Shown: piece by piece, positions 7,166-15,878 of the stretch | How the letters are laid out: every line of letters starts with the position of its first letter | Position numbering within the stretch: the first letter of the stretch is position 1 | NCBI RefSeq assembly: GCF_002237645.1 | Contig: NZ_MJUZ01000016.1 | Location: 15-64,014, forward strand | Direction: 5' to 3' | DNA length: 64,000 bases | DNA from: Desulfovibrio sp. MES5 | GTDB taxonomy: Bacteria > Desulfobacterota > Desulfovibrionia > Desulfovibrionales > Desulfovibrionaceae | The notes under the pieces: model-generated | Database searches by the model: none | Seen by the model: only the letters and a program-made list of their open reading frames with translations | Told to the model about the DNA's origin: nothing | Position numbers and translations under genes: made by a program

Positions 7166-10051
7166 ATGAAGATGTTTCAGTTCAGGATCCTTTTGCTGGT
7201 TCTCTCAATTCTGCTTTGCCAGAGCTTCTGCCCGCGCGCCTACGCGCAGGAAGAAGCTGTGCGCGTCGGTTTTTTCGAATTCGGCGACTACATGTTTCGA
7301 GCCCGCAGCGGCCAGTACCAGGGGCTCATCTTTGAGTTTCTGCAAGAAATTTCCAGAACAACCGGCATGCGCTATAAAGTTGTGGACTGCGGCAACTGGA
7401 CCCGCAGCCTGGAAATGCTCGAGCACGACCAGATAGACCTTTTACCCTGCGCCTTTTTTACGCCCGAGCGCGCGGAAAAGATGCTCTTTCCCAACCTGCC
7501 TCTTGCCAATTCCTTCATGACCATCAGCGTCAGGGACGACGATAAACGCTACACCTTCGAAGACTATGCCGCATTGGACGGCATGCGCGTGGGCGTTGTG
7601 GCCAACACCAAGAACGTCCCCGCCCTTGAAGCCTTTATGCTTCAGCACAATGTGAGCTTGGCGCTGGTGCCCTACATCGACATGCAGAGCATGCTGCAAG
7701 CACTGCGCGACAAGGAACTGGACGGCGTGGGCATCACCAATCTTGGCAAAAACAATCCATTTCGTGTTATCGCGCAGTTTTCGCCAGAGCCTTTTTATAT
7801 TGCCGTCAACAAGCGCAAGCCCGAAATCCTCGCCCTGCTGAATGCGGGCCTGGACAAGATCATGCTGCGTAATCCTTCTTACGGACAAGATCTTTACGGC
7901 AAATACCTGTCAACCAATATAGCAAAGCTGCAAGTTTTTACATCTGAGGAGCAGGCTTTCCTTCATGAAGCCCGCGTAATCACTGTGGCCTACGACCCAA
8001 CGTGGGCTCCTCTTACATATAACCACCCAGAAACAAACGAATTTTCTGGAATCGTGGCGGATGTCTTTCAAAAAATCCAGCAAATGACTGGTCTTAAATT
8101 TAAATTCATCCCCATGCCCCAGGATCGTGCCCTGAGCATGCTTACCGTTGGCGAAGTCGATGCCATATGCGCTCTGACAGGTGGCTTTATCTGGGATAAA
8201 AAGCTGCAGATCCGCACCACGCGACCCTACCTTCGGACAGCTGCGGCGCAGATCCGCCGACGCGACGATGCGGAAGCGCCGAAGCACATAGCACTGCAGC
8301 GTGGCTATCTGCTTTCGGCCCACGTGGCCGAAAACAACCCGGACAAAAAAATCAGTTTTCACGGCACACTGGCTGAGTGCCTGGATGCCCTTATCAGCAA
8401 AAAAGCGGACGTGGCGTATTCCAATATTCACACGGCCAACTATCTTATCAAGAATTCCCGCTATACGGGCCTGGTCATAAGCCCAATAGACAGCTACGAA
8501 AATGACCTCAGGATCGGCATTTCGCGGCAGGCCGACGCCCGCCTGTTTGCCGTGATGGACAAGAGCCTGCAGTTTTTGCCCATTGAGCAGATTGACGACC
8601 TTGTGCTCAAGCACAGCGTGCCCAACCGCGAAACCACACTCAAAGAATTCATTGCCCAGTATCCTCTTGGGGCGTTCAGCGCCCTCATGGTGGTGTCACT
8701 CATCATCACCGTGCTTCTGGGCGTCAACCTGGCCATCAAATCAAGCAGCAACAGACGCATACAGATGCTGCTCCACCGCGACACGCTTACCGGACTTTCC
8801 AACCTCTATAAATTCAGGCAGGACTGCACCCAGTTTCTCAAAAGCGCCGATGCCGACGGGCATGTCCTGCTGTTCGGCGATATCTGCCAGTTCAAGACGA
8901 TCAACGACCAGTTCGGTTTTTCCACCGGCGACCAGCTGTTGTGCGCCTATGCTGAAATCCTGCGCGATAACGTGGCCGAAAATGAATTGTGCGCGCGTAT
9001 TTCAGCAGACATGTACGTTCTGCTCCTGCGCTATGACGGGTGGGAAAACCTGAAGGCCCGCCTGCACCATATGGATGAAAAACTGGATATCTGGCGTCAG
9101 CAGCAGGAAATGCCCTACAGGATCAACACGGTCTATGGCGCATACACCGTCAACCGCGCAGAAGGCCGCGACGTGCAGCTTATGCTGGACCTCGCCAACT
9201 ACGCGCGCCGTGAAGCCAAACGGAACAGCACCTTCAACGTGCTGCTGTATGACGAACACATGCGCCAGGAGGCCCTGCTGCATCAGGAACTCAACGGCAG
9301 GCTTGAGACGGCTCTCAAAGAAGGGGAGCTGGTGCCCTGGTTCCAGGCCAAGGTAGATATGCGCACGGGAGCCATTATCGGCAGCGAGGCGTTGGTGCGC
9401 TGGAACCATCCTGTCCATGGCCTGCTTATGCCGGGCAGCTTTATTCCTCTGTTCGAGCGCAATGGCCTTGTGGTGGACATTGACATGCACATTTTTGAGC
9501 AGGTCTGCATGATCATGCAGAGCTGGCGGCTGCGTAATCTGCCCCTGCGCACCGTTTCATGCAATTTTTCGCGCTTGCATTTCGACCGCCCCGAATTCCC
9601 GCGCCAGCTGGCTGAAATCGCCGAGCGTTACGCCATTCCGCACGACCTGGTGGAAGTGGAGATCACTGAAAGCGCGATCATGAAAAACCCGGAGGCCGCC
9701 TGGCTGCGCCTGATCCAGCTCAAGCAGTATGGCTTCAAAACGGCCATTGACGACTTCGGTTCGGGCTACTCCTCACTGGGGCTGGTGCAGATGCTCAATG
9801 CGGACGTCATCAAGATCGACCGCAGTTTCGTGCAGCGCGACCTCCCGGGGCAGAGGGCGCAGATAGTGCTCGGCAGCATCATCAGACTCGCCCTGGAGCT
9901 GGAAATGGCCGTCATTTGCGAAGGAGTGGAGACGGCTGAACAAGCGGCCATTCTCATGCGGCTCGGCTGCTTCAAGGCGCAGGGTTTCTACTACGCCACG
10001 CCTGAGCCCGAAAACGAATTTGAAGCCCGCCTGGCCATGCAGATCGCCTGA
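7166..10051 (+). CDS. Signal peptide + two periplasmic SBP (family-3-like) domains + TM + degenerate GGDEF + intact EAL phosphodiesterase
   Basis: GAGGA SD before ATG 7166 (MKMFQFRILLLVLSILL). The GGDEF position reads SADMY (9002-9016). EAL motifs are all present: EALVRW (9386-9394), EITE, DDFGSGYSS, KIDRSF, EGVET, QGFYY. Confidence 0.9.
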   Translation: MKMFQFRILLLVLSILLCQSFCPRAYAQEEAVRVGFFEFGDYMFRARSGQYQGLIFEFLQEISRTTGMRYKVVDCGNWTRSLEMLEHDQIDLLPCAFFTPERAEKMLFPNLPLANSFMTISVRDDDKRYTFEDYAALDGMRVGVVANTKNVPALEAFMLQHNVSLALVPYIDMQSMLQALRDKELDGVGITNLGKNNPFRVIAQFSPEPFYIAVNKRKPEILALLNAGLDKIMLRNPSYGQDLYGKYLSTNIAKLQVFTSEEQAFLHEARVITVAYDPTWAPLTYNHPETNEFSGIVADVFQKIQQMTGLKFKFIPMPQDRALSMLTVGEVDAICALTGGFIWDKKLQIRTTRPYLRTAAAQIRRRDDAEAPKHIALQRGYLLSAHVAENNPDKKISFHGTLAECLDALISKKADVAYSNIHTANYLIKNSRYTGLVISPIDSYENDLRIGISRQADARLFAVMDKSLQFLPIEQIDDLVLKHSVPNRETTLKEFIAQYPLGAFSALMVVSLIITVLLGVNLAIKSSSNRRIQMLLHRDTLTGLSNLYKFRQDCTQFLKSADADGHVLLFGDICQFKTINDQFGFSTGDQLLCAYAEILRDNVAENELCARISADMYVLLLRYDGWENLKARLHHMDEKLDIWRQQQEMPYRINTVYGAYTVNRAEGRDVQLMLDLANYARREAKRNSTFNVLLYDEHMRQEALLHQELNGRLETALKEGELVPWFQAKVDMRTGAIIGSEALVRWNHPVHGLLMPGSFIPLFERNGLVVDIDMHIFEQVCMIMQSWRLRNLPLRTVSCNFSRLHFDRPEFPRQLAEIAERYAIPHDLVEVEITESAIMKNPEAAWLRLIQLKQYGFKTAIDDFGSGYSSLGLVQMLNADVIKIDRSFVQRDLPGQRAQIVLGSIIRLALELEMAVICEGVETAEQAAILMRLGCFKAQGFYYATPEPENEFEARLAMQIA

Positions 10052-10068
10052 TGCATGCGCCATAAAAA

Positions 10069-10104
10069 AGCCTGCTGGCACTTTTGACTGCCAGCAGGCT
10101 TTTT
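10069..10104 (+). terminator. Intrinsic terminator of the GGDEF/EAL gene
   Basis: 12-bp stem AGCCTGCTGGCA / TGCCAGCAGGCT, 8-nt loop, TTTT. An A-run upstream could make it bidirectional. Confidence 0.8.
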
Positions 10105-10221
10105 AAAGCGGACATTTTCACGCACAGGCTCCTGCCTGTTTTAACGCAAAAATTCTATTATAACGGCTCCCCCCTCTCCCGCTTCAGGCCAGAAAATCAG
10201 ACCAGAAAGCACGTTATACTA

Positions 10222-10265
10222 TTTTAGAGAAGGTAAACTTTTACAAAAGTTTACCTGCTCTAAAA
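10222..10265. repeat. 44-bp near-perfect palindrome TTTTAGAG-AA-GGTAAACTTTT-AC-AAAAGTTTACC-TG-CTCTAAAA
   Basis: Read directly. The outer arms share the TTTAGAGCA...TGCTCTAAA hairpin base seen at 36848, 51381 and 55103-55138. Lies 8 nt from palindrome-family copy A1. Confidence 0.85.
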
Positions 10266-10273
10266 TATACCGA

Positions 10274-10344
10274 GAGTTTTAGGGGATGGGGGTGTGGAGG
10301 AGGGACCCTTTTGCAAAAGGGGTCCCTCCTCCACAAAGCATTTC
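10274..10344 (-). repeat. Dispersed GC-palindrome element, copy A1
   Basis: Core GTGGAGGAGGGACCCTTTTGCAAAAGGGGTCCCTCCTCCAC (10294-10334) with conserved flanks AAAGCATTTC and AGTTTTAGGGG. Intergenic. Confidence 0.9.
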
Positions 10345-10357
10345 ATTCGTTAACTGT

Positions 10358-11626
10358 CTAGTCGCCAGAGTCGCCCTTTTCATCGGGGTCGGGTCGCCTG
10401 TCTGTCTTTTCCTGATCCATGCTGTGCAAAATAAGGCTCATGAGCCGCCTGGTCTGCACTTCTCCGTCATATTCCCGCAAGATTGTCTGCTGGGCGCTGG
10501 AGCGCACCTGCTCAAGGGTGGGGGCTTTTTCCAGAGTATCCGAAATCTTTTCCGCCATGGCCTCGGTATCCCAAAAGTCGCATAAAAAGCCGTTGACCCC
10601 GTCACGGATGATTTCCCGCACAGGCGGAGTGTCGGAGCCAACAATCAGCGCGCCGCAGGCCATGCCTTCCAGCAGGCCCGTGGTCAATGCATGGGGAGCG
10701 GCCAGATAGACATGCACGGTGGAGGCCCGCAAAAGTTCACGGTATTCCTTCAGCGGCCGCGCCCCCAGCACATGCACGCGCACGCGCTGCTCCTCCGGCA
10801 GGTTCAGGTTGTCCACGCTGCGCGCGGCCTCTTCTTCCGACCTGCACGCCGGCTTGTCCTCCGCGCATTCCGGGCGCGCGCCCCCCTGTGCATTTTCCAG
10901 CCACGAGAGCAGCACAAGACAATTGGGCCTTTGCTCAAGCAACCGGGGCAAGCAGGCTATGAACTGCTGAAATCCGCGCGCGCTCTCGTGCGGGGGGCCA
11001 AAAAAACTGACAAGCTCGCCGCTGCGCTCTTCCTGGTTTTCGGACGGCGAGAAAAAGCGGGTATTGATGCCGCTGTGCACCACATGCAGCCTGCTGGCCA
11101 GAAAGTCGGGATACTGCGAGCGCTGCCACAGGGATGAGGTCACGGCCAGATCGCACTCGCCCAAGGCGTTGTATTCCCAAAGGTTGGCCACACGCGCCAG
11201 AGCAAAATCAGCAGCCGGGCGCGGTTTGCCACGGGTAAAAAAGCAGTGGCTCTCGCCCTGGGTGTAAAACCAGTCCGCCTGGCCCACATAAAAGGCTTTG
11301 GGGAAAATGTCGCGCACATAAAAGCTGCCGCCCATACTGGCCGACGCACAGATGATGTCGGGCAAAAACCCTTCCTTGCGCAACGCCAACAGGGCATTGC
11401 CAGCCCGCGCGCCGCGCCGCAGCCTCGTGACGATTTCTTTTTCCGCCGGATCATCACTGTCGCAGGAAGACGGGGGGGCCAGCCGCAGACGTCGCACCCC
11501 GGGAATGGAGGTTTTCTGACCGGATTCCGCCAGAAAAAGCACCGTGTTTTCCCGCTGGGTTCCAAATGACTGGGCCAGCGAACGAAACCGACCAGGGAAT
11601 ACAGAGTTCAAAAACAACAGCCGCAT
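10358..11626 (-). CDS. GT-B fold glycosyltransferase (GT4 / glycos_transf_1-like)
   Basis: 422 aa. C-terminal half reads LLEGMACGALIVGSDTPPVREII.DGVNGFL (E-x7-E-type region). Start lies 5 nt after the upstream stop, so probably co-transcribed. Confidence 0.75.
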   Translation of the reverse strand: MRLLFLNSVFPGRFRSLAQSFGTQRENTVLFLAESGQKTSIPGVRRLRLAPPSSCDSDDPAEKEIVTRLRRGARAGNALLALRKEGFLPDIICASASMGGSFYVRDIFPKAFYVGQADWFYTQGESHCFFTRGKPRPAADFALARVANLWEYNALGECDLAVTSSLWQRSQYPDFLASRLHVVHSGINTRFFSPSENQEERSGELVSFFGPPHESARGFQQFIACLPRLLEQRPNCLVLLSWLENAQGGARPECAEDKPACRSEEEAARSVDNLNLPEEQRVRVHVLGARPLKEYRELLRASTVHVYLAAPHALTTGLLEGMACGALIVGSDTPPVREIIRDGVNGFLCDFWDTEAMAEKISDTLEKAPTLEQVRSSAQQTILREYDGEVQTRRLMSLILHSMDQEKTDRRPDPDEKGDSGD

Positions 11627-11631
11627 AGGTA

Positions 11632-13845
11632 CTAACCACTCATCTCAGATTCGCTGTCGCGATCATTTTCCAACAAGTCGAGAAAAGCCTTGCCCTGTTC
11701 GGTTGGCAAAAACTGCCTGAGCGCCTCCACAACCTGCATGTCGTATTTGGGCGGCTGCTCGCCAAGAATTTCCAGGGCCTGCTCCACGCTGTGGGCCTGA
11801 CGGTAAGAACGCGAGCGCACCAGCGCGCAAAACGTATTGGCCACGGCCAGTATCCTGGCATTTTCACAAATGGCGTCGCCACTGAGCTTTTCGGGATACC
11901 CGGAGCCATCCATTCTTTCATACATCTGTGCAATGGCTTCCATAACGGGGAGGCCAAAATCAATGCCTTCAAGGGCATGCTTTGCGTACTCCACATGATT
12001 TTGCAAAAGCGCCCTTTCTTCGGGCGTGAGCATCCCCGATTTGGTGAACAGTTCCTTGGGCAGCTGTATCATGCCTATTTGCGAAAGGTTGGCCGCAGTG
12101 CGCAGGGTTGCCAGCGTCACAGGGTCCGTCTTGCCCAGCCAGTACGCCAGGGTGACCGCCAGTTGGGCAGTGAAGGCCGAATGGCCGCGCAAATAGCTGT
12201 CTACGGTTTCGATGGCGCGCACAAAGGCGTTGACGGTCTGGTTGACCATCCGCTGCGCTTTTTGCTGCGCCATGGCAAGGTCGGTCACGTCGCTGTACAC
12301 GGACACCACGCCTGTCATACGCCCTGCCTCGTCGCGGAAGGGCGTGCAGGAAGTGAAGAAGTAGCGTTGGCTGCCTTCGACTATCAGGGTTTCGGTAAAG
12401 CTGGAGAGACTCCCGGACTGGTGTACGGCCAGCGTATGGGTAACGAGGCTTCGGGCCAGGTCCGGCCCAAGTTCGGTGTGGGGGCGTCCACGCAGGGCAT
12501 TTATATCCTTGCCCGCCATGCGGGCAAAGCTCTGGTTGGCATAGAAAATGACGCCGTTAAGGTCATTGAGCACTATGCCCGACGACAGGGCTGAATTCAC
12601 CCCGTCCATAATCTGCTTCTGCTGGTTGACCACCGTGTACAGCCGCCGCAACTGGTCAGACACGGCGCGCTCCCTGCGACCCACAAGCCACCACCACGAA
12701 GCGGCCATCATGATGCCGACCAGCGCAATGATCAGGGCCGCGCCCATTATGACGTTTTGCCGCAGTGAGCGGTAATCCGCATCAATGCGGACAGCCTCGA
12801 CGCCCTGCTCTACCAGCCAGGGCAAGCGCGGCACGGGCAGCGCCAGGGTGTAGTTGATTTCATCTTCAGTGCCGCCGGGGCCGGGCTCGTTACGCATTTC
12901 CAGAGGCAGGCGGCCGCCTTCCAGCTTCCAGCCGGGCAGATCCACAAAGCCCTCGCGCACCGTGGGATCAATGCGCTGCACCTGCTCGTTAAAATTCTGC
13001 AAAATGGCGGCGCTGTATTCCTTGCCGCCGCTGTGCCGCGTTACCGCCTTGACCACAGGCAGCACGTTGTATGAGGCCAGCAGAACGGAAACGACCTTGT
13101 CGCCCTTTGAGTCCACATAGAGCGGCGCCTTGATGGGAAAGGCCATGTCCATAACGAGTTCGCCGTTTTGACGGCGCACCGGCATGAAGACAGGCTGCCC
13201 GGTCTTGAAGACTTTTCCCAGAAAAGCGCGCTGCGCCTCGTTCACTACGGGCGGCGTGCCCGGCGACATATAGATTTCCAGATCAGAATTGACCAGATAC
13301 GCGGCCCAGAATGAATTTTTATCAATAAAATCCTTAAGTTGCCGAACCATCATGGGCAGGCGCGGGGCAAGGCCGCTCAGGGGGTCGTTGGCAGACATAG
13401 CCACTGCGGCCTTTTCCGCAGGTTCTGCCCCTTCTGCTCCTTCAGCATTTTCCGCAGCTTGCGCGTCTTCCACAGCTTGCGCATCGGAAAAAAGGTCAGC
13501 CGTCGGCAGGCTCTTGCTCTCTTTCTTCGCCTCACGCAACAAGACCTCGGCAGGCAGGCGCGAGCTGTCGACCTCCGCAGCAAAAAGCCGCAGCAGGTCC
13601 AATTCCACAAAAACTTCCACCTGCTCGATGAGCGCCCCTGACCACACCGTCAGCAGGGCCACCTTGTTGTTGGTCTGCACGTGCAGATTCTGCCCCACCT
13701 CCCGCAGCATGCGGGCACGGGAATTTTGCAGGTACCAGTTGGCCCCCATCACGACAACTACCGCCATGACCGCGAAGAACGCCAGCATAATGACTGCCGC
13801 TGTGCGGTTGCGCGATTTTTTGTTCGAGGAATCCTGTTGTGCCAT
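11632..13845 (-). CDS. Membrane sensor: TM, large periplasmic (Cache-like) domain, TM, PAS, degenerate HD-GYP domain
   Basis: AGGA SD before ATG 13845 (MAQQDSS). PAS-like segment around FYANQSFARMAG. The C-terminus aligns to the HD-GYP pattern but reads NLSQIGM where LHDIGK is expected and MYE where HHE is expected, while DGSGYP is retained. Confidence 0.85.
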   Translation of the reverse strand: MAQQDSSNKKSRNRTAAVIMLAFFAVMAVVVVMGANWYLQNSRARMLREVGQNLHVQTNNKVALLTVWSGALIEQVEVFVELDLLRLFAAEVDSSRLPAEVLLREAKKESKSLPTADLFSDAQAVEDAQAAENAEGAEGAEPAEKAAVAMSANDPLSGLAPRLPMMVRQLKDFIDKNSFWAAYLVNSDLEIYMSPGTPPVVNEAQRAFLGKVFKTGQPVFMPVRRQNGELVMDMAFPIKAPLYVDSKGDKVVSVLLASYNVLPVVKAVTRHSGGKEYSAAILQNFNEQVQRIDPTVREGFVDLPGWKLEGGRLPLEMRNEPGPGGTEDEINYTLALPVPRLPWLVEQGVEAVRIDADYRSLRQNVIMGAALIIALVGIMMAASWWWLVGRRERAVSDQLRRLYTVVNQQKQIMDGVNSALSSGIVLNDLNGVIFYANQSFARMAGKDINALRGRPHTELGPDLARSLVTHTLAVHQSGSLSSFTETLIVEGSQRYFFTSCTPFRDEAGRMTGVVSVYSDVTDLAMAQQKAQRMVNQTVNAFVRAIETVDSYLRGHSAFTAQLAVTLAYWLGKTDPVTLATLRTAANLSQIGMIQLPKELFTKSGMLTPEERALLQNHVEYAKHALEGIDFGLPVMEAIAQMYERMDGSGYPEKLSGDAICENARILAVANTFCALVRSRSYRQAHSVEQALEILGEQPPKYDMQVVEALRQFLPTEQGKAFLDLLENDRDSESEMSG

Positions 13846-13867
13846 ATGTCGTTCCTTTCGCGGCGGA

Positions 13868-15877
13868 TCAGCGTTCACGCAGGGCGTTCTGCTTGGCCTT
13901 GAGAATGGGCTTGAGCAAATAATCCAGAACGGTTTTTTTGCCGATGAGGATGTCCGTCGTTACGATCATGCCGGGGATGATTGGCAGAAGTTCCTTGTGA
14001 TAGGTAATGGCATTCTTCTGGGTGCGAACCTTGACCAGATAGAAGTGCTCGCTCTTCTTGTCTTCAATGGTGTCGGCGCTTATGGATTCAAGCTTGCCCT
14101 CAAGGCCGCCGTAAATGGAAAAGTCATAGGCAGAAATCTTGACCATGACTTCCTGGCCGGGGCGCAGAAAGGCCACGTCCTGCGGCTTGACCTTGGCTTC
14201 CACCAGCAGGGTGTCGTCCAGGGGCACAATGTCCATGATGGGTTCGCCGGGCTTTACCACGCCGCCCACAGTGGAAATGTATATCTGCTTCACGGTGCCG
14301 CGAACGGGCGTGCGAAGCTCTGTCCGGGTGACGCGGTCGCGCCCGGCCGAAAGACTTTCGCGCAGGGAGTTCAGCTCCTGCCGTCTCTTGTTTATTTCGT
14401 CCGTAATGGCCGATGCCTGTTCCGCACGGCGTGAGGCTATGCGCTGCCGTGATTCTTCCGCCGCGGACTGCGCCTTGGGGATGGTCGCCGCCAGGGCGTC
14501 GATCTGGCCCTGAAGCTCCACAACCCTTTGCTGCATGCCAAGATATTCGAGCTTGGAAAAGTTGTTGCGCTGCACAAGGGCATAGGCCGTGTCGCGCTGC
14601 TCAATGGACAGGGCAAGGCTGCGGTCCAGCTGCACCTTGCGCGCGGTCTGTTCTTCCACGTCATGCATGCGCTGCGTGTACTGCGATTCCAGCACCTCGA
14701 TTTCGGCATTGAGCTGCACACGCCGCACCTGATAGGCGTTTTCCTGATCCTGAATGATCTGGCGGGCGCGGATCAGTGTATTTTCATCCACCTTGCGGCC
14801 AATAAGCTTGCTGGCCCAGGCTTCAAGATGTTCGGGAAACACTGGGGGCTCGCCCTTGATTTCGGCCTCAAGCCGTATGATGGCGAGGCTGTTTTCCATA
14901 GCCTTGGTCACGGCGTCCCGGTACGCGCTCTCGGCCATTTCATTGTCCAGCTGGGCAAGAATGGCGCCCTTGTCCACAATCTGCCCTTCATGAACCAGAA
15001 CCGCGCGCAGGATGCCGCCTTCAAGGTTCTGGATGGTCTGGGTGCGCTGCGAGCCCACAACCGTGCCTTCGGCATGGGTGACTTCATCCACGCTTGCAAA
15101 GGCCGCCCAGATAAGCAGACACAAAAACATGACGGCAACGCTTATGGAAAGCGCCCGTACCCCGAAGCGCGGACGCCGCGCCAAAGCCGCATCCACCTCG
15201 CTGGCAAACTGGATGTCATCGGGCGTCAGACCATTGAGCGGCGCGTCCATGGCCGCAAAAAGCCCCGGATTGGACTGGGGTTGACCGGGCTGTTTCGGTG
15301 CGCCGCCGCCGCGCAGCCTCTCCATAGTTTCCGCCATGGATTGACGCAGGCTTTTGTCAGGCTTCTGGGCATGTTCGCCGCCCAGCAGCAGCTCGCGCAA
15401 AAAGGCCTTGGGGCCGCTCTCATCCGCCGTTCCTTCCTGCTGCTCCTCGGGGCCAAGCGGCTGCATCCCGGTTTCAGCGAGGCCATCAGCGGACGCCATA
15501 GGGGCAAAGTCCCCCTTGGGTATCCCCTCTTCACCCCAGGAGGAGCCGAGGACCGCTGGCGCGAATCCGCCCATGGAGGCGTCGCCCTCAGACTCCACCC
15601 CTGGCATGGCCGGAATGGAGCCGTCTTCAGTGGACGCTCCCGGCGCGATAAAAGGAGCGCCCTGCCCGGGCAGGGGCGACAGAAATTCACAGCTTGTTTC
15701 TTGCCCGAAAAATGCGCTGAAGTCCGGCTGCAACGCGCCAGGGGCAGGGGCTGCTGCGGGAGAGGCCTGGGCCGGCGCTTTTGCCCGACCGTCGCCAGTT
15801 ACAGTGCCGCCCGCTTGCGGTTGTCCCGCAGGAGCGGACATGTTTTCCGCATTGGTGTTTTGTGGTGTCTGCTGCAT
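13868..15877 (-). CDS. HlyD-family type I secretion membrane-fusion (adaptor) protein with ~255-aa low-complexity N-terminal extension
   Basis: Single TM (ALSISVAVMFLCLLIWAAF), long coiled-coil region and C-terminal beta/lipoyl-like part typical of HlyD/LapC. ATG 15877 lies immediately after the ABC gene's stop codon (15879-15881); in-frame upstream ATGs at 15886 and 15922 would overlap it. Confidence 0.85.
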   Translation of the reverse strand: MQQTPQNTNAENMSAPAGQPQAGGTVTGDGRAKAPAQASPAAAPAPGALQPDFSAFFGQETSCEFLSPLPGQGAPFIAPGASTEDGSIPAMPGVESEGDASMGGFAPAVLGSSWGEEGIPKGDFAPMASADGLAETGMQPLGPEEQQEGTADESGPKAFLRELLLGGEHAQKPDKSLRQSMAETMERLRGGGAPKQPGQPQSNPGLFAAMDAPLNGLTPDDIQFASEVDAALARRPRFGVRALSISVAVMFLCLLIWAAFASVDEVTHAEGTVVGSQRTQTIQNLEGGILRAVLVHEGQIVDKGAILAQLDNEMAESAYRDAVTKAMENSLAIIRLEAEIKGEPPVFPEHLEAWASKLIGRKVDENTLIRARQIIQDQENAYQVRRVQLNAEIEVLESQYTQRMHDVEEQTARKVQLDRSLALSIEQRDTAYALVQRNNFSKLEYLGMQQRVVELQGQIDALAATIPKAQSAAEESRQRIASRRAEQASAITDEINKRRQELNSLRESLSAGRDRVTRTELRTPVRGTVKQIYISTVGGVVKPGEPIMDIVPLDDTLLVEAKVKPQDVAFLRPGQEVMVKISAYDFSIYGGLEGKLESISADTIEDKKSEHFYLVKVRTQKNAITYHKELLPIIPGMIVTTDILIGKKTVLDYLLKPILKAKQNALRER

Positions 15878-15878
15878 A

